A stretch of 60,779 bases of DNA from Candidatus Poseidoniaceae archaeon (GTDB lineage Archaea > Thermoplasmatota > Poseidoniia > Poseidoniales > Poseidoniaceae): positions 1 through 60,779 of the forward strand of contig JAQXFL010000016.1 in NCBI GenBank assembly GCA_029250345.1. The letters are read 5' to 3'. The position numbers were made by a program, and so were the translations under genes. Below the pieces are notes generated by a model that was not told the origin of the DNA, ran no database searches, and saw only the letters and a list, made by a program, of their open reading frames with translations. Below, piece after piece: positions 18,115-25,505 of the stretch (the stretch's first letter is position 1; the number at the start of each line of letters is the position of its first letter).

Positions 18115-20640
18115 ATGTCTGTTCAACCGAAGCCAGGTGTGCAAGAACGAATACTTCTGCACCTTCTTGATTATTCAGATTTCAAGAACAGTGTCGAAGT
18201 CCCTTTTGCCCTCTCCCAAATGGGGATTGCTAACGCTGTGGCGATTGCTCGTTCGAACGTGCCTCGAGCAATTGCTGGACTCAAAGACCAAGGTTTGCTA
18301 ATCGAACGTCAAGCACACGTCACCGGTGTATCTCGTAAGCGTAAAGCGTACTTTCTCACCGACCCTGGCATGAATGTCTCTGAGGATACATGGGAAAGGC
18401 TTCGACACTTCCAACTGCGTAGTATCATGGATGATGGAGCAATAATCAACTCCACTCTTGGAGAAATCAATGACCACCTGGAATTTTCTATGCGACCGGT
18501 TGACATCATTCGTTATATGGATGACAACTGTGTTTTGGATACTCGGACACTCTCGGCCGATTTGGTCGAGCGTGATTTATCCAAACATGTGGAGAAGCAA
18601 TTGGTGACCTCACTTGGGGATTTGCCACGATTGCGGCACTTTTACGGTAGAGAAAAAGAACTCGACAATATGGCAAATCTGATTGATGCACGCGCTACAA
18701 CACTGCTTATCCCGGGTATCGCAGGAATTGGCAAAACGACAATCGCTTCCAAGTTAATTGAGCGGTTTATGCACCGGCGCAATCTGCTGTATCACAGATG
18801 TCAGGACTGGGAAGGTTCCCGCTCGTTCTTTGAGTCGATTGCGGATTGGTTGGCCAATATAGGTGATTCAACCTTTGCTGATTACCTTGCTGCCACACCG
18901 GTACCACAACCTGCTGACGCAGCACGCCTCTTGGTTGACTCACTTGAGGGAACTCCGAGTTTGATTGTCATCGATGACTTTCACAAAGTGGCTGACACAA
19001 CCCTCCACCAGACCTTCCAGGCCATGTCACTGGCGCTGCTTGGTAGTGAAGAGGAAATCGGCCTCGTAATTTTCTCCCGTTCGTTCAAGCCCGTTGTTCC
19101 TACAAAGGATGCTGAAGGGCGTATTGCGAGTTTGGTTCTACCTCTTGATGGACTTGATTCCGACGCTGGCCGTCAATTACTCAGTAGTTTTGAGAACCTC
19201 GGCGATGAGCAGTGGCTTCACATTCACGGCTTATCACGCGGCCATCCACTCGTTTTGGAATTAATTAATCGAGGTGCTTCTGCAGGCGCTTTCCACGAAA
19301 CCTTGGAGAACTACGTCACCGTTGAAATCTTCTCGAAATTGAGTGCAGAACAGAAGCGAGTATTGTCAGCTTTGGCTATTTATCGAGAACCAGTGGATCT
19401 GTCTGCACTTGCAGAACAAGGACTTGACACTGATGAACTTGATTCTCTTGTCGAACAAGGATTAGCCCGCCAAGGTGATGTTGATTTTTACGATGTTCAC
19501 GATTTGATTCGAGAGTTCTTGGTCCGCAGTCTCGACGAAAGTACCAAGCAGGATTTCCATGCGAAGTGCTGCAACTGGTATGAAAAGCAAACTTCAGCGC
19601 CGGCAATATTGATTGAGCACATATACCACCTTATCCGTTCTGGAAAGAGTGAGGAGGCGGCAGTCCTCATTGCTGAGCAAGGCCGAAACTTGATTGCTCA
19701 AGGCCATATGGAACTTCTTGGGTTGATGGAAGGCCTGACCATGGAAGACATTGGCAATTCAATATGTATGCGTGTACGACAATTGCACGGTGAATTATTG
19801 GTCCTTCTCGGGCGGTTTGCAGAAGCAGAGACCGTCTTTGTCTCCATTTCTCAACTTGACCCCCAATCCAAAGCGGTTCGGTTGAATGCTGAAGTTCACT
19901 CCGCTCTCGCTGATCTTGCACTCAAGCAGGGTGATGCTGACAAAGCACTTGGCATGCACCGTGAAGCATTGGAGAAGTTCATTGAATGTGGAGATGCAAA
20001 AGGAGCAGCCCGTTCATACAACAACACGGGATACTTACTACGCCGTAAAAATGATGTCTCGAAGGCTCTCGAAGCGTATGGGGAAGTTGAGAAAATTCTC
20101 AGTGAATCCGATGGTGTCGAACTCATCGGGACCCAACTGACCCTTGCTCGTGCTTTCCTTGAGTTGAATGAGATTGACCGTGCACGTGACCATGCTCTCC
20201 AAGCTTTCGAAGTTTCCGACGATGGAAGTGATGTCCTGCTTCACGCTCGTGCACAAGCCGTTCTTGGTCGATACTACGCAAAGGTTGGAGATGCCGATGT
20301 TGCATCGCACCACTACACCACGGCCCTTGAAACGATGAGCGTTGCTGGAGATTTGCTTTCACTGGTGGAAATTACCATCCTTCTTGGAGAAGTTCTGCAA
20401 GATGCTGGACGAGCTGAGGATGCGATGGAACACTATCGTGAGGCTCTTGTCATCGCAGAGGCGAACGATTTGCGCATGCAAATTGGGGAACTGCTTTCTC
20501 GCCTTGGAGGTGTCGCTCCAGATAAGCGTCGAAGGATGGAATATCTGCAAAGAGCGCTCGCTGTATTCCGCGAACTGGGTGCAAAGTCGAGAATGCGTGA
20601 TGTCCAAGCTCAAGTCCATGCAGCGGTTATGGGTCGCTGA
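18115..20640 (+). CDS. STAND-type P-loop NTPase regulator with N-terminal winged-helix DNA-binding domain and C-terminal TPR repeats
   Basis: The wHTH-like N-terminus is ERILLHLLDY...MGIANAVAIARSNVPRAIAGLKDQGLLIE...RKRKAYFLTDPG. Walker A is IPGIAGIGKTT and Walker B LIVIDDFH. The C-terminal approximately 300 aa is made of TPR-like helices (AL..A...GD...A...Y..AL). ATG 18115 is preceded by GAGGT. An alternative GTG at 18052 overlaps the upstream stop (GTGA). Confidence 0.75.
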   Translation: MSVQPKPGVQERILLHLLDYSDFKNSVEVPFALSQMGIANAVAIARSNVPRAIAGLKDQGLLIERQAHVTGVSRKRKAYFLTDPGMNVSEDTWERLRHFQLRSIMDDGAIINSTLGEINDHLEFSMRPVDIIRYMDDNCVLDTRTLSADLVERDLSKHVEKQLVTSLGDLPRLRHFYGREKELDNMANLIDARATTLLIPGIAGIGKTTIASKLIERFMHRRNLLYHRCQDWEGSRSFFESIADWLANIGDSTFADYLAATPVPQPADAARLLVDSLEGTPSLIVIDDFHKVADTTLHQTFQAMSLALLGSEEEIGLVIFSRSFKPVVPTKDAEGRIASLVLPLDGLDSDAGRQLLSSFENLGDEQWLHIHGLSRGHPLVLELINRGASAGAFHETLENYVTVEIFSKLSAEQKRVLSALAIYREPVDLSALAEQGLDTDELDSLVEQGLARQGDVDFYDVHDLIREFLVRSLDESTKQDFHAKCCNWYEKQTSAPAILIEHIYHLIRSGKSEEAAVLIAEQGRNLIAQGHMELLGLMEGLTMEDIGNSICMRVRQLHGELLVLLGRFAEAETVFVSISQLDPQSKAVRLNAEVHSALADLALKQGDADKALGMHREALEKFIECGDAKGAARSYNNTGYLLRRKNDVSKALEAYGEVEKILSESDGVELIGTQLTLARAFLELNEIDRARDHALQAFEVSDDGSDVLLHARAQAVLGRYYAKVGDADVASHHYTTALETMSVAGDLLSLVEITILLGEVLQDAGRAEDAMEHYREALVIAEANDLRMQIGELLSRLGGVAPDKRRRMEYLQRALAVFRELGAKSRMRDVQAQVHAAVMGR

Positions 20641-20641
20641 A

Positions 20642-21118
20642 TTAATCGTACGTTTGCGGTCGATCGTACTGCAATGATGTAACCCCATCCGAGTGGACAA
20701 TCCATACGGAAGTTACTCCTGCCAAGACTACTGTTCCCTCATGGGTTCCCGCACCTGTTCCTGACAGAGACACACTTGTGTCAAGCGTCCCTCCATCGTG
20801 AATCAGTTCGATTGAGGTGTCGGTGAGTTGCAATGTAATTCTTGCTTCATCCGCCTCGGTGAGTCTCCAGGTTACCTTTTCGGCATAATCGACTGCTCCC
20901 ATTCGGCTTGCTTCGTCAGCTCGTTCTACCGCTGCCGCCAAGTCATCAAGATTTGACTGAATTGCATTTTCGTTCCACCGTTCTCGAGTTGCCGTTTCTA
21001 TTTGATATGCCCAAATACTGAATGTTGTGAGCAACAGCACTCCGAGCAGGAACGTGAATATGTAGCCGAGTTCAGTCGCAGCTGCTTGTTCATCTCGGCG
21101 AAGTTGATTTTTGTTCAT
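20642..21118 (-). CDS. type IV pilin-like protein (class III signal peptide), small
   Basis: Likely start MNKNQLRRDEQAAATELGYIFTFLLGVLLLTTFSIWAY: a charged n-region, then a long hydrophobic helix. Its ATG overlaps the stop of the upstream gene (ATGA at 21115-21118). The longer ORF to 21196 would overlap the upstream CDS by 82 nt. Confidence 0.6.
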   Translation of the reverse strand: MNKNQLRRDEQAAATELGYIFTFLLGVLLLTTFSIWAYQIETATRERWNENAIQSNLDDLAAAVERADEASRMGAVDYAEKVTWRLTEADEARITLQLTDTSIELIHDGGTLDTSVSLSGTGAGTHEGTVVLAGVTSVWIVHSDGVTSLQYDRPQTYD

Positions 21119-23325
21119 GAGACCGCCTCCGTCATGTGTGCATTGAGTGCAGCCATTTGAAGCGTAAATTGTATTGGTTCTCCATTGGTGTGCCAAACGG
21201 CTTCTGAAGTACCATATGAGGGGTCAGGTACCCATCCGACATAATCGGTGAGTAGGTCGATACGTCCAGGATAAATGGTCCAGTCTTCACTTGCTTCAAG
21301 ACCGTCCGCAGATGATTCTGCAATGGCTACTCCGTAAGGTTTCGACCATCCTCTTCTGACCTCATAGGCAGTGGCAGATGCCAAAGAAGAACGGTCAACA
21401 AGTTCGATGTCGAGATTCATTTTTCCAGCACCACTTACGCTGTCTGCAGTTGGATGGAGCGACGGTATCGTTGCTGCAAACCGTGGTCCAGGACCTCCAC
21501 GGTCAGACGGTGAAACAACGATGTAGGGCTCAAATTCCGGATGGTTGGTGACGACAGCACCACCTGCATAAGCCACTTCCATTCCAACGATTGAGGATTG
21601 GAACTCATAACTCAGCCGGGAGAGATGGAAACCCCATACCGTGCCGAGTGTGGCATGACTTGATGCTCCGTTTTCGCCAATAAGACTGATCTGCATACTT
21701 GCAGGGTGTGTTCCTGCCTTCCACGCATTCTTGAGGTCAACTTGGCTTCTTCCACTCATTGATTGCCATGGGAGTGTGGAACTAATCCATCCACTTGCTT
21801 GAACATTAATTGGTAAGCAACGTTGAGCACCGTCATGCATCGCTTGGACAAGACCTTCTTGTCCTCGAATAGAATAAACACGCAATGAATCGCCGTCGCT
21901 CACATTGATTTGAGTTATGCCTTGTTCAAGTTCAACTGTGTTGTGATTCACATTTTCAAGGAATGTACCGTTCGCTACGGTGCTACCGGTCATGTTCCAT
22001 TCAGTGTAGTACCCAGCATGGGTTATGTGGAGTTTATGAACTCCGGATTGAGTGTTGTGGAATGTGTGCAACTGACCAGAAAGTGCTCCCGTGTCATCTG
22101 CTGGTTCGACTTGCAGCCCAGAACCGCTTGAATTCTTTCTCCATGTGACGAAGATGTCGCCGTTTGCATCAAGAATCGGCGCCCCCTCTATATCGGCAGG
22201 GGGCCATGAGAAAGATGTACTCTGGTTTGCTGCAATCGAGAGTCCCCCGCCTCTCCACGTCACAGTCACGCTGTCTGTGCTTGGGTTTGAGAACACGAGT
22301 TCCCCGTCGAGTGAAGGGGTGATGAAGGAGTGGCCGAGATATTGACCATCAGTACTGGGCAACGCCATTTGGCCGGTCGTAGAGTTCGTGTTGGTCTGCA
22401 GAATCAGTCTTGATGGAGAACTGGTCGAGATGTGGACCACTTCTGGCGAGGATATGCTCAACTGGTGTGTGAAGTCAACACCTACTCGGTTTTGATTGGA
22501 TGGTAATGCATAGAATGTGTTCGTGGAATCGTTTTGAATCGTGATTTGATTTGCAGTTTCACTGAGAATTTGAATTTGGTTCTCGCCAGCAGGGAGCGGG
22601 ATTGACCATGAACTTCCAGTCGAGTCAACGGGGTTTGGGTCGTTGGATTGCATCATTGTCGTACCTCCACTTCCGACCGAGAGAAGCAGATGCAATTGGT
22701 GGGAGGAGTGAATGACTGTTTCACCAAGTTCACTCATGTCCAGAACACGCATGCCATCGACCATCAATTTCAGTTCCGACAACGTTTCGCTGCCATTTAC
22801 TATTTCCACATCGATCGGTCCGAGCGGCAGGGCAAGTCCTGGCGATGCTGTAAGTAGGACCTCATCGACCCATTCAGGGATTGTGAATATGTACGGGTTC
22901 GCAGGGCCAAGTCGCAAATCATCGATACAAACTGCGGTATTCATTGATTCAGGGTGTCGGATTCGCAGTTCGTCGTCGTAGTCGAGAGCGCCTTGGACGC
23001 GGAACGAGGTATCATCAGCCCAAGTTGCCGAATACCACATGCTGCTCTGCATCATGTTCCAATTGAGCGTTCCGTCAACGGGAATGAGACGAATCTCTGT
23101 CGAGTCGCCGGGCATGCCTGTTTCACTCAATGCCGCAGTTTGGTGCGCCAACAGAGTCATTTGAGACGACATGTCGTGTCGTTCGATTGAACCTTCCAGT
23201 TCCTCGATTACCGGGATCATGGAGACCATCATCATGGCAATAATCGACAGTACGCCACCGAACAGGAGAACAGTTGCCACGGCTGCTGACACCGCATCTT
23301 CATCTCGTTGGAGCATGGATTTCAT
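21115..23325 (-). CDS. large type IV pilin-like protein (class III signal peptide, DUF1628-like N-terminus)
   Basis: N-terminus MKSMLQRDEDAVSAAVATVLLFGGVLSIIAMMMVSMIP, followed by about 700 aa of beta-rich extracellular sequence with no other recognisable motif. ATGA overlap with the upstream gene at 23322-23325. Confidence 0.6.
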   Translation of the reverse strand: MKSMLQRDEDAVSAAVATVLLFGGVLSIIAMMMVSMIPVIEELEGSIERHDMSSQMTLLAHQTAALSETGMPGDSTEIRLIPVDGTLNWNMMQSSMWYSATWADDTSFRVQGALDYDDELRIRHPESMNTAVCIDDLRLGPANPYIFTIPEWVDEVLLTASPGLALPLGPIDVEIVNGSETLSELKLMVDGMRVLDMSELGETVIHSSHQLHLLLSVGSGGTTMMQSNDPNPVDSTGSSWSIPLPAGENQIQILSETANQITIQNDSTNTFYALPSNQNRVGVDFTHQLSISSPEVVHISTSSPSRLILQTNTNSTTGQMALPSTDGQYLGHSFITPSLDGELVFSNPSTDSVTVTWRGGGLSIAANQSTSFSWPPADIEGAPILDANGDIFVTWRKNSSGSGLQVEPADDTGALSGQLHTFHNTQSGVHKLHITHAGYYTEWNMTGSTVANGTFLENVNHNTVELEQGITQINVSDGDSLRVYSIRGQEGLVQAMHDGAQRCLPINVQASGWISSTLPWQSMSGRSQVDLKNAWKAGTHPASMQISLIGENGASSHATLGTVWGFHLSRLSYEFQSSIVGMEVAYAGGAVVTNHPEFEPYIVVSPSDRGGPGPRFAATIPSLHPTADSVSGAGKMNLDIELVDRSSLASATAYEVRRGWSKPYGVAIAESSADGLEASEDWTIYPGRIDLLTDYVGWVPDPSYGTSEAVWHTNGEPIQFTLQMAALNAHMTEAVS

Positions 23326-24407
23326 CGTGAAACCTCCACACGCTTGACATCGACTTCGAGTATAAGCTGATTTTCTTGCGACTCGACAGTAAAGCCATCG
23401 GCGCCACTTGCTCGAAGATACGGTGCGTATCCAGTGAATGTGTCAAGTGTTCCAGACGCTCGGTTCAGCGTGTGGTCTTCCAACATCTTGTCGTGGTATT
23501 GCGGTGTAATGACGTCATTGAGCGCATTTTCAACCGTGAATCGGAGGTGGTAGGCATTGCCAGTGAACAACGTCATCGGGCCGAGTGAAACCATGTCCAT
23601 GCCGATATTTTCTCCGGAGCCAATCGAGCCGTTAATGGTGACATCAGTGAGGACAATGGACAAACGTAATTCACCGGTTACCAGCGTGTCGAGTTCGATG
23701 TTTGGGAATTGGGATACTTTCCAAGGTTCATTCGGGAATCTTTCAGCCCGAGCGTCGTTCACCAGAGCAATTTCATGTTCTCCGAGTCCAAGTGAGGTTG
23801 AAATTTGAATGCCGGAAACGATGTACGATACGCTCGTGTGCAGGGCTCGTTCGTCTGCATCGAACACAGTGACCGTCATCCAGTGGTCTTGAGAGGATTG
23901 ATGCTCAATCACAACTTCATTGAATGAACCACTGAATGCATGAGATTCGATCCCCATTGGGCTTTCGATTGTTACGCTTCGAGCAGTTTCATTGATGGCT
24001 GTAATGCCAATTGCTGAGTTGTTGATGTTACGAACAGTGATCCGATCATCGGGAGTTAAGTCAGCAGCTATCGTCCATGTTTCAACTTTGATGACTGGTT
24101 GGACCATTGTCGACTTGAGTGCCAATGTGTGTCGGATGCCTGTGCCTTCTGGTGCGCTTCCAGCCACATCGATTCTGTCTTCAAACCGGTCTGCAATTCC
24201 GTTCGCACTGTTCCAGTTTGTGTTGTCTTCGAAATCTGAAATGTAGGGGCTAAGGAAAATCCACACCCCTCCCATAATTGTGACGACCATAGCCAGCATC
24301 ATCACGACACCGAGAACCTCGCTGACAGCCCTTTGGTCTCGGCGAAGAGACGGGCGAAGTACAGTGGGGTGGTGTGCGTTCACAGACATCAGAACCTTTG
24401 GTATCAT
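23322..24407 (-). CDS. type IV pilin-like protein (class III signal peptide, DUF1628-like N-terminus)
   Basis: The N-terminus ...SLRRDQRAVSEVLGVVMMLAMVVTIMGGVWIF closely mimics the archaeal pilin N-terminal consensus (R-A-V-S-x-V-[IL]-G-V-[IL]-[LM]). ATG at 24407, with ATG 24389 as an alternative. It is the first gene of a three-gene coupled set. Confidence 0.65.
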   Translation of the reverse strand: MIPKVLMSVNAHHPTVLRPSLRRDQRAVSEVLGVVMMLAMVVTIMGGVWIFLSPYISDFEDNTNWNSANGIADRFEDRIDVAGSAPEGTGIRHTLALKSTMVQPVIKVETWTIAADLTPDDRITVRNINNSAIGITAINETARSVTIESPMGIESHAFSGSFNEVVIEHQSSQDHWMTVTVFDADERALHTSVSYIVSGIQISTSLGLGEHEIALVNDARAERFPNEPWKVSQFPNIELDTLVTGELRLSIVLTDVTINGSIGSGENIGMDMVSLGPMTLFTGNAYHLRFTVENALNDVITPQYHDKMLEDHTLNRASGTLDTFTGYAPYLRASGADGFTVESQENQLILEVDVKRVEVSR

Positions 24408-24424
24408 TTAGCCATTGACCTTAG

Positions 24425-24444
24425 CACCCCCCCTAAGGGGGGTG
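24425..24444 (-). other. GC-rich hairpin between the MBL gene stop and the pilin-like operon start
   Basis: CACCCCCC (24425-24432) pairs with GGGGGGTG (24437-24444) around a 4-nt loop CTAA. It lies in the 47-bp gap between the stop at 24455 and the start at 24407. No T-run follows on the minus strand. Confidence 0.4.
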
Positions 24445-24454
24445 ATTTGGGTGA

Positions 24455-25273
24455 TTAGCTCTTCTTCGGGCGGAGGTCCGACGCTTCAGGTTGTTCCACC
24501 GTTCGGCCAATGTAATGGGAATTTTCAGGGCCATCTTGGAGCGAGATTGTGATGTCTCCGCTAAACACTTCATCAATGTGATACAAGACCGTTGACTCGG
24601 CCAAGTGTGGTTGATTGTTTTTTTCTGAAAGGTGAGTCAAAGAAATACTGCGTGTAGCAGGTGTACAAACTTGAGCCAAGAATTGGCCGGTTTGGTCGTT
24701 GGATAAGTGGCCTCCCCGTCCACTGATGCGATCTTTCAGCGAGAAAGGATACGGTCCGTTCATCAAACGGTTGTAGTCGTAATTTGCTTCAATCGCAATG
24801 TGTTCACATCCTCGAACGTGGGTGATTAATTCATCCGTCCATGAACCCAAATCTGTGATGACTGCTGCCCTTTGTCCGTTGTGGCTGGCAACAAAGGCGA
24901 CGTTATCTGCTCCCGAATGTGGGACTGGCACCGGAAGGACCGAGAGGTCGTCGCTGACTTGAATTAAATCTAAAGAATCAAAATAGTGTGTCAATTCGGT
25001 TTGGAGGCCCAATTCTTCGGCCGTCCGGTGGTTTGCTTGAACCTTCATCTTCCAACGTTTTTGGGCGACCAGTGCGCCACCGCCATGGTCGCCGTGATGG
25101 TGACTCACAAAGATGTAATCAATTTCAGTCGGGTGGATGTTGAGTCGAGCAAGTCGCTTCTCTAATTGTGCTCCGCTGAATCCCTGATCGATGAGGACTT
25201 TCGCCTGTTCGGTCTCAAGCAAAGTGGCGTTTCCGCGACTGCCTGTTCCGAGGTGGGTCAGTACCATTGTCAT
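24455..25273 (-). CDS. metallo-beta-lactamase fold hydrolase
   Basis: 272 aa. The N-terminus is MTMVLTHLGTGSRGNATLLE...VLIDQGFS, and the HxHxDH motif appears as VSHHHGDHGG. Later His/Asp ligand contexts are present (VPHSGADN, GGHLSN). Confidence 0.75.
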   Translation of the reverse strand: MTMVLTHLGTGSRGNATLLETEQAKVLIDQGFSGAQLEKRLARLNIHPTEIDYIFVSHHHGDHGGGALVAQKRWKMKVQANHRTAEELGLQTELTHYFDSLDLIQVSDDLSVLPVPVPHSGADNVAFVASHNGQRAAVITDLGSWTDELITHVRGCEHIAIEANYDYNRLMNGPYPFSLKDRISGRGGHLSNDQTGQFLAQVCTPATRSISLTHLSEKNNQPHLAESTVLYHIDEVFSGDITISLQDGPENSHYIGRTVEQPEASDLRPKKS

Positions 25274-25370
25274 CTCAATCGTATCTACTGGTCGCGAGAG
25301 GCCTTTGAAGACACCGCCTTCCCCGTTTGGAACGTTGCCCTTTCAGGCGTATCTCGATAATTCCATCGGG

Positions 25371-25488
25371 CGAATTAGGGGGTAATTCGATTTCATTTCA
25401 AGGTCGACAATTTCGTCTCTGTCCGAACATCGCTCCATCATCCTCATAAGTGTCTTGAGAAGCATACACAACTGCGAAGCGTATGCTT
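25371..25488. promoter_or_regulatory. two short palindromes in the 232-bp divergent intergenic region
   Basis: CGAATTA-ggggg-TAATTCG at 25371-25389. AAGCATAC-(13 nt)-GTATGCTT at 25460-25488, ending 18 nt before ATG 25506. Function unknown. Confidence 0.25.
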
Positions 25489-25505
25489 TGTAGGCTGGTC
25501 TCCAA

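Noticed and set aside
18115-20640. Antiviral STAND (Avs-like) defence gene
   Set aside because: The only non-NTPase, non-TPR domain is an N-terminal wHTH. There is no nuclease, protease, TIR, SIR2 or TM effector, and no neighbouring defence genes. A transcriptional-regulator interpretation is more economical, though not proven.
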